The notes: generated by a model from the letters alone, not told the origin. A stretch of 64,000 nt of DNA from Burkholderiaceae bacterium (GCA_022843955.1 JALHMQ010000018.1:14560-78559); one strand, 5' to 3'. Positions 20,014 to 33,520 are shown, counted from the first letter of the stretch. Translations and numbers: made by a program.

Positions 20014-20121
20014 CCCGCGGGCGGTTGACGCCGGCTGACGCGCTGGTTGATGCCATCAAGCGCCCGCACTTTCATCTATCGATCCCTTGAAGAGCCCGAG
20101 GGGGCCAAGGAGCGTTCTGCA

Positions 20122-23031
20122 ATGGCTGACAACGGCAAGAAACCGCTGGCCGATCCAGCGACCCGGAAGTACCCGCTCAACCTGCTCGACACGCCATTTC
20201 CAATGCGCGGGGATCTGCCCAAGCGCGAGCCGGGCTGGGTCAAGGCGTGGGAGGACGCAGGCGTCTACGAGACGATCCGTGCAGCACGCAAGGGCGCGCC
20301 GAAGTTCATCCTGCATGATGGGCCGCCGTACGCGAACAGCGAGATTCACCTTGGTACGGCCGTCAACAAGATCCTGAAGGACATCGTCGTCAAGTCGCGC
20401 TCGATGGCGGGCTTTGATGCCGTGTACGTGCCGGGCTGGGACTGCCACGGCATGCCGATCGAGATCCATATCGAGAAGAAGTTCGGCAAGGGCCTTCCAC
20501 GTGCGGAGGTGCAGGCCAAGGCACGGGCGCACGCGACCGAGCAGATCGCCATCCAGATGCGTGGCTTCAAGCGCCTGGGCGTGCTCGGCGACTGGGACAA
20601 CCCATATAGGACGATGACCTTCAAGGCCGAGGCCGACGAGATCCGGACGCTCGGTCGCATGGTGGAGCGCGGCTTTGTCTACCGGGGGCTGAAGCCCGTC
20701 AACTGGTGCTTCGACTGCAACAGTGCGCTGGCCGAGGCCGAGGTCGAGTACATCGACAAGAAGACGCCGGTGGTGGACGTGGCCTTCCCGCTAGCTGCGG
20801 GCGAGGAGGCAAAGGTTGCTGCTGCGTTCGGTGTGGCGACCGCCGTTCTCAGTGCAGGCAAGCCCGCCTTCACCGCGATCTGGACCACCACGCCCTGGAC
20901 CCTGCCGTCGAACCAGGCACTCAATTTCCATCCCGAGTTCATCTACGCGCTGGTGGCGTGCGAGGACCGACTGCTGATCCTCGCCAAGGACCTGGTCGAC
21001 TCCTGCCTGCAGCGCTACGGCCTGAAGGGCCGCATCATTGCCGAGACGGTCGGCCAGAAACTCGAGCGGGTGAACTTCAGGCACCCGCTGGCGAACCTCG
21101 ACCCGGGCTACGACCGCAACTCGCCGGTCTACCTCGGCAGCTACGTGACGGCGGATGCCGGCACCGGCGTCGTGCACTCGTCGCCGGCCTACGGCATCGA
21201 AGACTTTGAGTCATGCAAGGCGTACGGCATGACCAACGACCAGATACTGAATCCGGTGCAGGGCGATGGCGTCTATGCCAAGGACCTGCCGCTGTTCGGT
21301 GGGCTGAAGATCTGGGACGCCAACCCCAAGGTCACCGATGCGCTGCGCATCGCCGGCCATCTGCTGCACGCCACCACCGACGGCCACAGCTACATGCATT
21401 GCTGGCGCCACAAGACGCCGCTCATCTACCGCGCCGCCAGCCAGTGGTTCGTGCGGATGGACGGTGCCACCCGCGAGACAGCCGGCGTGATGCAGACCGA
21501 GACCGTGGGCGAAACGCTGCGGCAGACTGCACTGCACGCAATCGAATCCACTGCGTTCTACCCCGGCTGGGGCAAGGCGCGGCTGCACGGCATGATCGCC
21601 AATCGACCCGACTGGTGCATCTCGCGCCAACGCAACTGGGGGGTGCCGCTGCCCTTCTTCCTTCGGAAAAGCGACGGCCAGCTGCATCCTCGTACCCTTG
21701 AACTGCTCGAACTCGCCGCCCAGAAGGTCGAGCAGGGCGGCATCGAGGCGTGGAGCACGGCGACGGTCGCCGACTTCCTGGCCGCCGACGAAGCCGCCGA
21801 GTACGAGAAGTCGAACGACATCCTCGATGTCTGGTTCGACTCCGGCTCGACGCACCGCACGGTGATCCGCGGCTCGCACGCGGCCGACCTCGCCTACCCG
21901 GCCGACTTGTATCTCGAAGGCTCGGACCAGCACCGCGGCTGGTTCCACTCGTCCCTGCTCACCGGCGCCGCAATCGACGGCCGCGCGCCGTACAAGAGCC
22001 TGCTGACACACGGCTTCGTGGTCGATGCGCAAGGCCGCAAGATGAGCAAGTCGCTCGGCAACGGCATCGACCCCAGGGAACTTGCCGACAAAATGGGCGC
22101 CGAGATCATGCGGCTGTGGGTCGCCTCCACCGACTACTCGGGCGAGTTGTCGATCGGCGACGAGATCCTCAAGCGCGTGGTCGAAAGCTATCGCAGGATC
22201 CGCAACACGCTGCGCTTCCTGCTCGCCAACACCAGCGACTTCGACATCGGCAAGCATGCGGTTCCGATCGGACAGATGCTGGAGATCGATCGCTACGCGC
22301 TTGCGCTGACCGCCCAGATGCAGGCGGAGGTGCTGGCCAGCAACGAGCGCTATGAGTTCCATCCGGTGGTTGCGCGGCTGCAGACGTTCTGCTCGGAGGA
22401 CCTCGGCGCGTTCTACCTCGATGTTTTGAAGGACCGGCTTTACACGACGCCTGAGGGCTCGCCGGCGCGCCGCTCGGCACAGACGGCGCTGTGGCACATC
22501 ACGACCAGCCTGCTGCGCTTGATGGCGCCGTTCCTGTCGTTCACCGCTGAGGAGGCCTACGCGATCTTCAGTCCGGGTAGCGACGCAACGCCGGGACCGC
22601 GCACGATCTTCGTGGAGACGTATCACGAGCTGCCGGGCGTGCCTGGCCACGAGGCGCTGCTCGCCAAGTGGCAGACCATCCGCGCGATCCGGGCCGATGT
22701 GCAAAAGGAGATCGAGGCCCGGCGTGAAGCCGGCGACGTCGGCTCCTCGCTGCAGGCCGAGATCGATCTGCATCTGGCCGGCGAGCGGCATGCCCTGCTG
22801 GCGACCCTCGGCGACGACCTGAAGTTCGTGACCATTACCAGCCGTGCCACGCTTCATCGGGTCGCCGGCGAGGCGGATGAGAAGATCGTCGTTGCAGCAA
22901 CAGCGCACAAGAAGTGCGATCGCTGCTGGCACTGGCGCGCCGACGTCGGCAGCCATGTCGAGCATTCGAGTCTGTGCGGCCGCTGCGTCAGCAACCTGTT
23001 CGGTAGCGGCGAAGCACGGCACGTGGCCTGA
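20122..23031 (+). CDS. ileS: Isoleucine--tRNA ligase IleS (type 1, with C-terminal zinc finger)
   Basis: Lies in ORF 20047..23031. The ATG at 20122 follows AAGGAG. It has the HIGH-type motif [18 protein letters not shown], and the C-terminal CDRCWHW..CGRC. Confidence 0.98.
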   Translation: MADNGKKPLADPATRKYPLNLLDTPFPMRGDLPKREPGWVKAWEDAGVYETIRAARKGAPKFILHDGPPYANSEIHLGTAVNKILKDIVVKSRSMAGFDAVYVPGWDCHGMPIEIHIEKKFGKGLPRAEVQAKARAHATEQIAIQMRGFKRLGVLGDWDNPYRTMTFKAEADEIRTLGRMVERGFVYRGLKPVNWCFDCNSALAEAEVEYIDKKTPVVDVAFPLAAGEEAKVAAAFGVATAVLSAGKPAFTAIWTTTPWTLPSNQALNFHPEFIYALVACEDRLLILAKDLVDSCLQRYGLKGRIIAETVGQKLERVNFRHPLANLDPGYDRNSPVYLGSYVTADAGTGVVHSSPAYGIEDFESCKAYGMTNDQILNPVQGDGVYAKDLPLFGGLKIWDANPKVTDALRIAGHLLHATTDGHSYMHCWRHKTPLIYRAASQWFVRMDGATRETAGVMQTETVGETLRQTALHAIESTAFYPGWGKARLHGMIANRPDWCISRQRNWGVPLPFFLRKSDGQLHPRTLELLELAAQKVEQGGIEAWSTATVADFLAADEAAEYEKSNDILDVWFDSGSTHRTVIRGSHAADLAYPADLYLEGSDQHRGWFHSSLLTGAAIDGRAPYKSLLTHGFVVDAQGRKMSKSLGNGIDPRELADKMGAEIMRLWVASTDYSGELSIGDEILKRVVESYRRIRNTLRFLLANTSDFDIGKHAVPIGQMLEIDRYALALTAQMQAEVLASNERYEFHPVVARLQTFCSEDLGAFYLDVLKDRLYTTPEGSPARRSAQTALWHITTSLLRLMAPFLSFTAEEAYAIFSPGSDATPGPRTIFVETYHELPGVPGHEALLAKWQTIRAIRADVQKEIEARREAGDVGSSLQAEIDLHLAGERHALLATLGDDLKFVTITSRATLHRVAGEADEKIVVAATAHKKCDRCWHWRADVGSHVEHSSLCGRCVSNLFGSGEARHVA

Positions 23032-23062
23032 ACACGGCACTCGATCAGAGAAGGGAAACGAA

Positions 23063-23563
23063 GTGGCCTGGAGTACTTCCAAGACCTGGTGGCAGAAGCT
23101 CTATCCCTGGCTGGTGCTGGCGGCGTTGATCGTGCTGGCCGACCAGGCGAGCAAGATCGCGATCGAGCGCATTTTCGACTTTGGCGACGTTCGCCCGGTG
23201 ACGAGCTTCTTCAACCTCGTGCTCACCTACAACAAAGGGGCGGCGTTCAGCTTCCTCGCGAACGCCAGCGGCTGGCAGGACGAGTTCCTGACGGTTGTGG
23301 GCGTACTCGCGTCACTGTTCATCATCTACCTGCTGGCCCGACACGGCACGCAGAAGCTCTTTTCGCTGTCGCTCGCGATGATCCTCGGCGGTGCGATCGG
23401 CAACGTGATCGACCGCGTGGCTTATGGTCACGTGATCGACTTCCTGGACCTCCACTACGCCGGGTGGCACTGGCCGGCGTTCAATCTGGCCGACAGCGCA
23501 ATCGTCGGCGGCGCGATCCTGCTCGTCGTCGACGAGCTGTTGCGCGTGCGCAAGACCAAGTAG
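23063..23563 (+). CDS. lspA: Lipoprotein signal peptidase II LspA
   Basis: Lies in ORF 22844..23563, whose 5' part overlaps ileS. I moved the start to the GTG at 23063 after the ileS stop ([31 protein letters not shown]..). It has the motifs [18 protein letters not shown] and FNLADSAI. Confidence 0.92.
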   Translation: MAWSTSKTWWQKLYPWLVLAALIVLADQASKIAIERIFDFGDVRPVTSFFNLVLTYNKGAAFSFLANASGWQDEFLTVVGVLASLFIIYLLARHGTQKLFSLSLAMILGGAIGNVIDRVAYGHVIDFLDLHYAGWHWPAFNLADSAIVGGAILLVVDELLRVRKTK

Positions 23564-23573
23564 CCTTGCAGCC

Positions 23574-24764
23574 ATGAACCTGCACGGCAAGCACATCGTC
23601 CTGGGCATGACCGGCGGCATCGCCGCGTACAAGGTGTGCGAGCTGGCGCGCCGCCTGCAGGACGAAGGCGCCACCGTGCAGGCGGTGATGAGCCGCGCCG
23701 CGCAGGAGTTTGTCACCGCCACCACGATGCAGGCGCTCACCGGGCGCCCGGTGTTCACCGACCAGTGGTCGACCGAGGGCGGTCGGGTGGACAACGCGAT
23801 GCCGCACATCGACATCACGCGCGTGGCTGACGCCATCGTCGTGGCGCCTGCCTCGGCGCACTTTCTCGCGCGTGTGGCGAACGGCATGGCCGATGACCTG
23901 TTGTCCACGCTGGTGCTGGCGCGCCGTTGCCCGCTGCTGGCCGCTCCGGCGATGAACGTGGAGATGTGGAATAACCCGGCGACCCAGCGCAACGTGGCGA
24001 CATTGCGAGCCGACGGCATCACCCTGCTCGGCCCGGCTGACGGCGATCAGGCCTGCGGCGAGACCGGCAGTGGTCGCATGCTCGAACCGCATGAACTGCT
24101 CGAAGATCTAGTCGCCTTTTTCCAGCCCAAGCTGCTCGCCGGCAAGCGGGTTCTGATCACCGCCGGGCCAACGTTTGAACCGATCGATCCGGTGCGCGGC
24201 ATCACCAACCTGTCGTCCGGCAAGATGGGCTTTGCGATCGCACGGGCCGCACGCGAAGCCGGTGCGGACGTCACCCTGGTGGCCGGACCAACCATGCTGC
24301 CGACGCCGCGCGGCGTAGCACGCATCGACGTGCAGTCGGCGCAGCAGATGCACGACGCGGTGATGCAGCACGCCGCGACCTCACAGGTCTTCATCGCCGT
24401 GGCGGCAGTGGCTGACTGGCGCGTGACGCATGCGGCGCCGACCAAGATCAAGAAAGGCAGCGGCACGCCGACACTGCATCTGGAAGCGAACCCGGACATC
24501 CTCGCCACAGTGGCGCACATGAACAATGCACCGCTCTGCGTCGGATTCGCGGCCGAAACCAACGATGTCGAGCAGCATGGCACCGCCAAGCGGCACTCGA
24601 AGAACATCCCATTGCTGGTCGCCAACCTGGCGCAGGACGCATTTGGCTCCGATGACAACGAACTCCTGCTGATCGACGCGCTGGGTACCACCGTGCTCAA
24701 GCGGGCCAGCAAGCTGGCGCAGGCGCGCCGGCTGATTGCCGACATCGCCCGTCGGCTGCCATGA
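23574..24764 (+). CDS. coaBC: Bifunctional phosphopantothenoylcysteine decarboxylase / phosphopantothenate-cysteine ligase CoaBC (Dfp)
   Basis: 396 aa, MNLHGKHIVLGMTGGIAAYK.., with PAMNVEMW and ITNLSSGKMG motifs. Confidence 0.96.
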   Translation: MNLHGKHIVLGMTGGIAAYKVCELARRLQDEGATVQAVMSRAAQEFVTATTMQALTGRPVFTDQWSTEGGRVDNAMPHIDITRVADAIVVAPASAHFLARVANGMADDLLSTLVLARRCPLLAAPAMNVEMWNNPATQRNVATLRADGITLLGPADGDQACGETGSGRMLEPHELLEDLVAFFQPKLLAGKRVLITAGPTFEPIDPVRGITNLSSGKMGFAIARAAREAGADVTLVAGPTMLPTPRGVARIDVQSAQQMHDAVMQHAATSQVFIAVAAVADWRVTHAAPTKIKKGSGTPTLHLEANPDILATVAHMNNAPLCVGFAAETNDVEQHGTAKRHSKNIPLLVANLAQDAFGSDDNELLLIDALGTTVLKRASKLAQARRLIADIARRLP

Positions 24765-24794
24765 CACCCGCCACCCGAGGTTCGCCATGAGTTC

Positions 24795-25289
24795 GTGCCA
24801 ATGAGTACGCCGCACTACACCGATGGCATGACCTCGGGCGAGCCCAAGGATGGCGACTTCGTCGCCTACCTGGCGGAGATCGAGCGGCGCCAGTTGCTGG
24901 CATTGCCGGCACACGCGGCGCATACCTCGCCAACTATCGAGTCCGGCCACGGACCGCAGGGCGCCAATGGACCAGCCTCGTACGACACCGCGCCGCTGAA
25001 GGCGGCGCAGGCCGAGGCGGTGCGTGCCAAGCTCAAGCAGAGCATCGGTGACTCCAAACACCTGATTGTGGCGGCGTTCTTTGGTCTGTTGGGTCTGGTC
25101 TTGCTGGTGCAGGGCCTGCTCGGCGATGGCGGCATCGTCACGCTGCTGATTGGCGGTTTCCTGCTCTGGCGGGCGGCGGTCTCGCTGCGCAAGGCAGCCG
25201 GCGCCAGCGGCTCGTCGCAGGGCGATCTCGCCAACCGCCTCGTCAGTGTGCTGCGCGATGCGCAGCAGAGCCAGGCACGTCGCAAGTGA
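24795..25289 (+). CDS. Hypothetical small membrane protein
   Basis: 164-aa ORF with a GTG start (alternative ATG at 24801). It has a soluble N-terminal half and then two hydrophobic segments ([21 protein letters not shown] / [16 protein letters not shown]). Its stop overlaps the dut GTG start as GTGA. I recognise no family. Confidence 0.55.
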   Translation: MPMSTPHYTDGMTSGEPKDGDFVAYLAEIERRQLLALPAHAAHTSPTIESGHGPQGANGPASYDTAPLKAAQAEAVRAKLKQSIGDSKHLIVAAFFGLLGLVLLVQGLLGDGGIVTLLIGGFLLWRAAVSLRKAAGASGSSQGDLANRLVSVLRDAQQSQARRK

Positions 25290-25735
25290 TCGCCGTCGAC
25301 ATCATGATGCTCGACGAACGGCTGCGCGATGGCCTGCCCACCTATGCGACGCCCGGTGCTGCCGGCCTCGACCTGCGCGCTTGCCTCGACAGCGCGTTGA
25401 CCCTGGCGCCCGGTGACACGCAGCTCGTGCCCACCGGTCTGGCGATCCACCTGGGCGATCCAGGCTATGCCGCCCTGATCCTGCCGCGCTCAGGCTTGGG
25501 CCATAAGCACGGCATCGTGCTCGGCAACCTGGTCGGGTTGATCGATTCGGACTATCAGGGACAACTGATGGTCTCCACCTGGAATCGCAGTCGCGAGCCG
25601 TTCACGATCCAGCCGCTCGAACGCATCGCGCAGCTGGTGATCGTTCCAGTGGTGCAGGCGCGCTTCAACGTCGTCGACGACTTTGCGGCGAGCACCCGCG
25701 GTGCCGGCGGCTTCGGCTCCACCGGCAAGCATTGA
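25286..25735 (+). CDS. dut: dUTP diphosphatase (dUTPase)
   Basis: 149 aa with a GTG start. It aligns with E. coli Dut ([56 protein letters not shown]). Confidence 0.96.
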   Translation: MIAVDIMMLDERLRDGLPTYATPGAAGLDLRACLDSALTLAPGDTQLVPTGLAIHLGDPGYAALILPRSGLGHKHGIVLGNLVGLIDSDYQGQLMVSTWNRSREPFTIQPLERIAQLVIVPVVQARFNVVDDFAASTRGAGGFGSTGKH

Positions 25736-26343
25736 GACGGTTGCCCGTGCTCGCCCGCTTCTCCCGCTGGCTGCTTGGCCGCTTCAACTGGCGCGTCGAC
25801 TTCGACGGCCTGCCCGGACCCAAGGGCATCCTGATCGTCTACCCGCACACCTCGAACTGGGACTTCATCATCGGGCTCTTGGCCAAGTGGGTGATGGGGG
25901 AACCGATACGCTGGATCGGCAAGGAGTCTCTGTTTCGCGGCTTGACCGGTGCCACGCTCGGGCGGCTGATGCGAATGTGGGGCGGACGACCGGTCGACCG
26001 TCACCACTCGAGCGGCGCCGTCGAGCAACTTTCGAAGCTGATGGATGCGGAGCCCTGGTTCTGGATCGCGCTATCCCCCGAGGGTACGCGCAAGCACCTC
26101 GATCATCTGCGCTCGGGCTTCTATCACCTGGCTCTGAAGGCGCAAGTGCCTGTGGGACTGGCCTACATCGATTTCGCGCGCCGCCGCGTCGGCGTGCAGA
26201 ACTTCGTCAGGATGACCGGCGACGAGTTGCAGGATCTGGCCATGCTCAACCGGCATTACGCCGACAAGCGTGGCCTGCACCCCGAGCAGGCAAGCACCAT
26301 CGCGTTTCGCCACCCAGCGGCGGCAACCAAACGCGCTGCATAG
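25732..26343 (+). CDS. Lysophospholipid (1-acyl-sn-glycerol-3-phosphate) acyltransferase family protein
   Basis: 203 aa with the acyltransferase HX4D motif (HTSNWD) and a PEGTR motif. The start is uncertain: the TTG at 25732 overlaps the dut stop, and a GTG lies at 25747. Confidence 0.8.
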   Translation: MRRLPVLARFSRWLLGRFNWRVDFDGLPGPKGILIVYPHTSNWDFIIGLLAKWVMGEPIRWIGKESLFRGLTGATLGRLMRMWGGRPVDRHHSSGAVEQLSKLMDAEPWFWIALSPEGTRKHLDHLRSGFYHLALKAQVPVGLAYIDFARRRVGVQNFVRMTGDELQDLAMLNRHYADKRGLHPEQASTIAFRHPAAATKRAA

Positions 26344-26353
26344 ACGCCTGCTG

Positions 26354-26382
26354 AAAATAAAAAGGCAGCGTCATGCGCTGCC
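26354..26382 (-). terminator. Rho-independent terminator downstream of fccB
   Basis: The minus strand reads GGCAGCGCATGACGCTGCCTTTTTATTTT, a perfect 7-bp stem followed by a T-run. Confidence 0.8.
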
Positions 26383-26447
26383 TCGTTCATCACGGACAAG
26401 GCGGCACGCATGCGTGGCCGCGGCGCCCGCCCCTGGCACTTGGGCAA

Positions 26448-27740
26448 TCAGGCAAGCATGTCCGCCCAGATCGTCTGCGCCCAACTCCAGGCATAACCGG
26501 CTTCCGTCGGCCAGTTGGTCCGCTCAAGCGCAGAAATGCCGCCTGATCCGGGCACGGCCTCCATGGTCTTCTTTTCAGGCGACCAACGATGCACGCTGGC
26601 CACATGCACCGCCATCGAATCGCTGACGAAGCTGTAGCAGGTGTTGGCCATCATCGGTGGGATCGGCGCACGGCCATTCATCAGCTCGACGATCGCCGCC
26701 GCCACCGCCTTGCCGTGCTGATTGGCCATGTGGCCTGACTTCGGCATCGCCGGCGCCGATAACGTCGCATCGCCGAGCACGTGGATATTCTTGACCTTGA
26801 TCGACTCGAGCGTGGTCCAGTCCACCTCGCACCAGCGATTGTTCGCGGTGATCACGCCCGCATCGCGCGCAATGTTCGCCGCGCGCTGCGGCGGAATGAA
26901 GTTGAGGACGTCACCGCGTGTGCGGTCTCCCAGTTCCTGGATGAAGGCCCGTCCCTTGACGTCGACTTCGGTCACCGCCGCGTTGATGCGGTACTCGACG
27001 ATGTCCTTGTAATCGCTGGCGAACACGGCAGTGAACAGCGGCTTCTTGGACACCATGTCCGGATTGGCATCAAGCACCAGCAGCTTGCTCTTCGGCTTGG
27101 CCTTCTTCAGGTAGCTGGCGATCTGGCAGGCGCGCTCATACGGCCCCGGCGGGCAGCGATACGGCGCCAAGGGCACGTTCATCACCACCGTGCCGCCGTC
27201 GCGCATCGCCTGCAACTGCTTCTGCAGCAACACCGTCTGCGCACCGGCCTTCCACGCGTGTGGAATCTGCTCGGCATCGGCAGCTGTCATGCCCCGCACG
27301 TTCTCGTACATGAACTCGATGCCGGGCGACAGCACCAACCGGTCATAGCTGAGCGTCTCGCCGCGCGCCAATCGCACCTGGCGCTTGTCTGCGTCGATCG
27401 CGGTCGCGGTGTCGCGCACCACCTTGACGCCGTACTTGGCCAGGCCGCTGTACGGAATAGTGATGTCCGCCAGGGTCTTGCTACCTCCCAAGACCAGGTT
27501 GGAGATCGGGCAGGAAACGAAAGCCTCGCTCGGCTCGACCAAAGTGACGTCGATCTGACCCTCGGACCACATGCGCAGATACTTCGCTGCCGTGGCACCG
27601 CCATAACCACCGCCGACCACCACCACCCGACCCAGATTCTTGCTGGCGCCCAATGTGGCGCAGGCTGACAGCGAACTGATGGCTGCGCCCGCTGCGCCGA
27701 GCTTGAGCAAGTCGCGCCGTGTGACTGTATTGACTCTCAT
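26448..27740 (-). CDS. fccB: Flavocytochrome c sulfide dehydrogenase, flavoprotein subunit (FccB/SoxF type)
   Basis: Lies in ORF 26448..27986. I moved the start to the ATG at 27740 (MRVNTVTRRDLLKLGAAGAA), which gives a Tat signal. It has the FAD motif VVVVGGGYGGATAAKY and a strong collinear match to Allochromatium FccB (HAWKAG, YRCPPGPYERA, IPPQRA, MPKSGHMAN). Confidence 0.92.
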   Translation of the reverse strand: MRVNTVTRRDLLKLGAAGAAISSLSACATLGASKNLGRVVVVGGGYGGATAAKYLRMWSEGQIDVTLVEPSEAFVSCPISNLVLGGSKTLADITIPYSGLAKYGVKVVRDTATAIDADKRQVRLARGETLSYDRLVLSPGIEFMYENVRGMTAADAEQIPHAWKAGAQTVLLQKQLQAMRDGGTVVMNVPLAPYRCPPGPYERACQIASYLKKAKPKSKLLVLDANPDMVSKKPLFTAVFASDYKDIVEYRINAAVTEVDVKGRAFIQELGDRTRGDVLNFIPPQRAANIARDAGVITANNRWCEVDWTTLESIKVKNIHVLGDATLSAPAMPKSGHMANQHGKAVAAAIVELMNGRAPIPPMMANTCYSFVSDSMAVHVASVHRWSPEKKTMEAVPGSGGISALERTNWPTEAGYAWSWAQTIWADMLA

Positions 27741-27750
27741 TGTGATTCCC

Positions 27751-28083
27751 TCAGCGAGCGGCCGGCAGGCGCGAGAAATGATCGGCAAGCGCATCGATCT
27801 GCGCGTCGGTGTAGCCCTTGGCAAGCTGATGCATGATCGTCGCCTGGCGCTTGCCGTCGCGGAACGCACGCATTCTCTGCGCGATGTGCTCGCGCGAAAG
27901 GCCGGCCAGCTCGGGCATCGAGCCAATGGACACGCCCTGTGTCCCATGGCAGTTGGCGCAGTTGGAAGCAAGATAGGCGGCCGCACGCTGCTCGGGGGTA
28001 GCTTGGGAAGCGGCAGCGGCAGTGCCGAGCACCGATGCGAGAGCGAGCGGCAGCAAGCCGACGCCGACGGGGGTCAATTTCAC
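27751..28083 (-). CDS. fccA: Monoheme cytochrome c subunit of sulfide dehydrogenase (FccA/SoxE type)
   Basis: 110 aa with a signal peptide and a single heme motif CANCH. It lies immediately upstream of fccB. Confidence 0.85.
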   Translation of the reverse strand: MKLTPVGVGLLPLALASVLGTAAAASQATPEQRAAAYLASNCANCHGTQGVSIGSMPELAGLSREHIAQRMRAFRDGKRQATIMHQLAKGYTDAQIDALADHFSRLPAAR

Positions 28084-28173
28084 GCGTTGTCTCCTTAGTG
28101 TTCTGGTCGCGCCAGCGCAGTTGAATGCGCCTGACGTGAGGCGGGACTGTCCGGGCTTTGGCAGACCAAGTCA

Positions 28174-28208
28174 ATTGGGGCAGCAAGGTAGATCCGTGCT
28201 GCCCCAAT
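28174..28208. repeat. Perfect 12-bp-stem hairpin between the clpA 3' end and the fccA 5' end
   Basis: ATTGGGGCAGCA (28174-28185) pairs with TGCTGCCCCAAT (28197-28208) around an 11-nt loop. There is no T tract on either side. Confidence 0.6.
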
Positions 28209-28275
28209 AACGGTGAGTAATGACACAGACGGCAGCTCGGCCGGTAGACCGGGCGGCGTGCCGACGCGCGCTCAG

Positions 28276-30599
<2,324 letters not shown>

Positions 30600-30603
<4 letters not shown>

Positions 30604-30914
30604 GCTTCCTCCATCACGCACTGCAGCGGATGCTGATGCTGGCGTGAATAACTGCAAACCTGCTCGACCTTGGTGGCGGCGACATCCCGGGGATAGACGC
30701 CGCACACCCCACGCCCCTCATGATGCACCTTCAGCATGATCTGAGTCGCCTGCTCGCGCCCCTTGCCGAAGAATTTTTGCAGAACCCCGACCACGAACTC
30801 CATCGGGGTGAAATCGTCGTTCAGAAGAACCACCTGGTACACAGGCGGCGGCTTGGCCCGAGAAGTCTTCTTCTCGGCGACGGTTCCATCGCCTGTCCGT
30901 TCACCACCAGTCAT
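30600..30914 (-). CDS. clpS: ATP-dependent Clp protease adaptor ClpS
   Basis: ORF 30600..30968 begins with TTG. I prefer the ATG at 30914 (MTGGERTG..), which gives 104 aa. The core is [27 protein letters not shown]. The gene overlaps the clpA start by 4 nt. Confidence 0.93.
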
Positions 30915-31488
30915 GGAGCCATTCTTGGAAAAGCGCGGTGCCAGTTCGCGAAATGAAAAGCGAGACAATCATAAGTTACTTCACTCGCCCCCCAGCACGC
31001 TCCCACGCCTGCCAATCCCGTGCCAAACACTGCCGGCTTGGAGCATCAGGACCCGTTTTCGTTCCTCCGTGCCGGTTTCAGGTGCGGCCATGCACCGACA
31101 CGGACTTCAACGCCCCACCCAACCTGCCCGCCGACCGTACGAAACTGCAGTTGTACAACGCGCCTGCAAGGCTCGACCTCTCGGCCAGAGAGCGATTCGC
31201 CCGCCATTTCTGCGCCGTCGTTCGGGTCGCCATCGTCCGCTTCGCCCTCGTCCGTTCGCCCGACCGGCCCGGTTGCAGCGCACGAAGCTTCCAAACCACA
31301 ACGTTGCGCTGACCCTTGACGCATCGCGGCCTTGCTCGAACAATGCTGCGCCCGCAGTCAAAAACAGACAAATACGGGTAACAGACACGGTCGATGCATC
31401 GACCGACGGTCGGAGAGGTTGTCACGACGTCCGCAGTTTCTGCGTCGCACGAGACAACCGTTCGAGGCAACCAACAGGAAGAGCGGCT

Positions 31489-31695
31489 ATGGCAACGGGT
31501 ACGGTCAAGTGGTTCAACGATGCAAAAGGCTACGGCTTCATCACGCCGGACGAAGGCGGCGAAGACCTATTCGCCCACTTTTCGGCGATCCAAATGGGCG
31601 GGTTCAAGACCCTGAAAGAGGGACAGAAGGTCGTGTTCGAGATCGTGAGCGGCCCCAAGGGCAAGCAGGCCTCGAACATCAGTGCCGCACCCTGA
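31489..31695 (+). CDS. Cold-shock protein, CspA family
   Basis: This is the last 68 codons of ORF 30763..31695: [35 protein letters not shown].., with the RNP1/RNP2 motifs. Confidence 0.96.
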   Translation: MATGTVKWFNDAKGYGFITPDEGGEDLFAHFSAIQMGGFKTLKEGQKVVFEIVSGPKGKQASNISAAP

Positions 31696-31710
31696 CCACC
31701 TGCGCCACCC

Positions 31711-31745
31711 AACAAAAAACCCCGCTACAGCGGGGTTTTTTGTTG
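31711..31745. terminator. Bidirectional rho-independent terminator between csp and the convergent icd
   Basis: AACAAAAAACCCCGCTACAGCGGGGTTTTTTGTT forms a 6-bp GC stem flanked by an A-run and a T-run. Confidence 0.88.
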
Positions 31746-31758
31746 GTGCGGCAGCAAG

Positions 31759-33006
31759 TCACATATTGGAAATCATGGCGTCGCCAAAACCCGAGCACGA
31801 CACTTGGGTCGCGCCTTGCATGAGGCGCGCAAAGTCGTAGGTGACTGTCTTCTGCAGGATCGCCTTCTCCATCGACGAGACGATCAGGTCTGCCGCCTCG
31901 CCCCAGCCCATGTGCCGCAGCATCATCTCGGCAGACAGGATCTCCGAACCCGGATTCACGTAGTCCTTGCCCGCATACTTCGGTGCCGTACCGTGCGTCG
32001 CCTCGAACATTGCGATCGAGTCCGACAGGTTGGCCCCAGGCGCAATGCCGATGCCGCCGACCTGCGCCGCCAGCGCGTCGGAGATGTAATCCCCGTTCAG
32101 ATTCATGGTGGCAATGACGTCGTACTCGGCCGGGCGCAGCAGGATCTGCTGCAGGAAGGCATCGGCGATCACATCCTTGATGACGATGTCGCCATGTGCC
32201 GCCTTGATCTTCATCCACGGGCCGCCGTCGAGCAGCTCGGCGCCGAACTCCTTCTGGGCCAGCGCGTATCCCCACCGGGTGAATGCGCCTTCGGTGAACT
32301 TCATGATGTTGCCCTTGTGCACGAAGGTCAGCGACTTGCGCCGATTGTCGATGCAATACTGGATTGCCTTGCGCACCAACCGCTCCGTGCCTTCGCGCGA
32401 AATGGGCTTGATGCCAATGCCCGAGGTCGCCGGAAAGCGGATCTTCTTGACGCCCATTTCCTTGATCAGGAAGTCGATCAGCTTCTTCGCCTTGTCCGAC
32501 TCTGCCTCGTACTCCACCCCTGCATAAATGTCCTCCGAGTTCTCGCGGAAGATCACCATGTCGGTTTTTTCGGGCTCTTTCACCGGGCTGGGCACGCCCT
32601 TGAAGTAGCGCACCGGCCGCAGGCAGACGTAGAGGTCAAGCTCCTGCCGCATCGCCACGTTGATCGAGCGGATGCCGCCGCCGACCGGGGTCGTCAGCGG
32701 CCCCTTGATCGACACGACATAGTCGCGCAGCACTTGCAGCGTCTCTTCGGGCAGCCAGACGTCGGGGCCATAGACCTTGGTCGACTTTTCGCCGGCGAAG
32801 ATCTCCATCCAGACGATCTTCTTCTTTCCAGCGTAGGCCTTGGCAACGGCGGCATCGACCACCTTGATCATCACCGGCGTGATGTCGATGCCGGTGCCGT
32901 CGCCTTCAATGTAGGGAATGACTGGTTGATCAGGCACGTTCAGGCTGAAGTCCTGGTTGACCGTGATCTTCTGGCCCGTGGTGGGCACCTTGATGTGCTG
33001 GTACAT
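31759..33006 (-). CDS. icd: NADP-dependent isocitrate dehydrogenase (homodimeric Icd type)
   Basis: Lies in ORF 31759..33516. I moved the start to the ATG at 33006 after GGAGAG ([44 protein letters not shown]..). The 415 aa are collinear with E. coli Icd. Confidence 0.97.
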   Translation of the reverse strand: MYQHIKVPTTGQKITVNQDFSLNVPDQPVIPYIEGDGTGIDITPVMIKVVDAAVAKAYAGKKKIVWMEIFAGEKSTKVYGPDVWLPEETLQVLRDYVVSIKGPLTTPVGGGIRSINVAMRQELDLYVCLRPVRYFKGVPSPVKEPEKTDMVIFRENSEDIYAGVEYEAESDKAKKLIDFLIKEMGVKKIRFPATSGIGIKPISREGTERLVRKAIQYCIDNRRKSLTFVHKGNIMKFTEGAFTRWGYALAQKEFGAELLDGGPWMKIKAAHGDIVIKDVIADAFLQQILLRPAEYDVIATMNLNGDYISDALAAQVGGIGIAPGANLSDSIAMFEATHGTAPKYAGKDYVNPGSEILSAEMMLRHMGWGEAADLIVSSMEKAILQKTVTYDFARLMQGATQVSCSGFGDAMISNM

Positions 33007-33262
33007 GGCCTCTCCGCCGGAGGTTCGTTGTTGTGAAGGGTGCGATGCTGTTCCCGGCTCCCGCGAAAACAGCAAGCGCAGTTTACTCGTCGACCATCTT
33101 GCGGCCCCCCCCTGAGCCGAGCTGAGGTGGTCACATACAGGGTTGACCCGATGCGCCTGGTCAACCGCGCTGTCGCCCGCGCCGTTATTTGCCGCGACGC
33201 AATGCGTCCTTGATCGCCGATCGGCGACCTTGCCCGTCACAGGTTCAAAGGGAGTCAAAACA

Positions 33263-33520
33263 ATGCATAAATTCATCGCAGCGCTCGTCGCCACGCTGTT
33301 TGCAGGTGCCGTCATGGCCCAGGCCGCCGCCCCGGCGGCTGCGCCCGCAGCGGCTGCTGCCAAGGCACCCGCTGCGGCGCCAGCTGCTCCTGCCGCTGCT
33401 GCACCGGCTGCGGCTGCCCCCGCCGCTGCTGGCGCCCCTGCGGTTGCCAAGGCCGAGGCCAAGAAGGCAGCGAAAAAGGCTGCCGCCAAGGGCAAGGCAA
33501 AGGCCGAAGCAGTCAAGTAA
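33263..33520 (+). CDS. Small secreted Ala/Pro/Lys-rich low-complexity protein (hypothetical)
   Basis: The ATG at 33263 lies 7 nt after AAGGGAG. It has the signal peptide [21 protein letters not shown], then (A/P)-rich repeats and a Lys/Ala-rich tail [24 protein letters not shown]. It lies in the upstream part of the icd ORF frame shadow. Confidence 0.6.
   Translation: MHKFIAALVATLFAGAVMAQAAAPAAAPAAAAAKAPAAAPAAPAAAAPAAAAPAAAGAPAVAKAEAKKAAKKAAAKGKAKAEAVK

Noticed and set aside
21211-23082. 623-aa minus-strand ORF
   Set aside because: It lies entirely antisense to ileS, which is unambiguous. The composition is typical of antisense frames in GC-rich genes.
33007-33516. N-terminal 170-codon extension of the icd ORF
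   Set aside because: Icd homology and a good SD begin at the ATG at 33006. The extension is poly-Ala/Gly junk produced by reading the Ala/Pro-repeat gene on the opposite strand.
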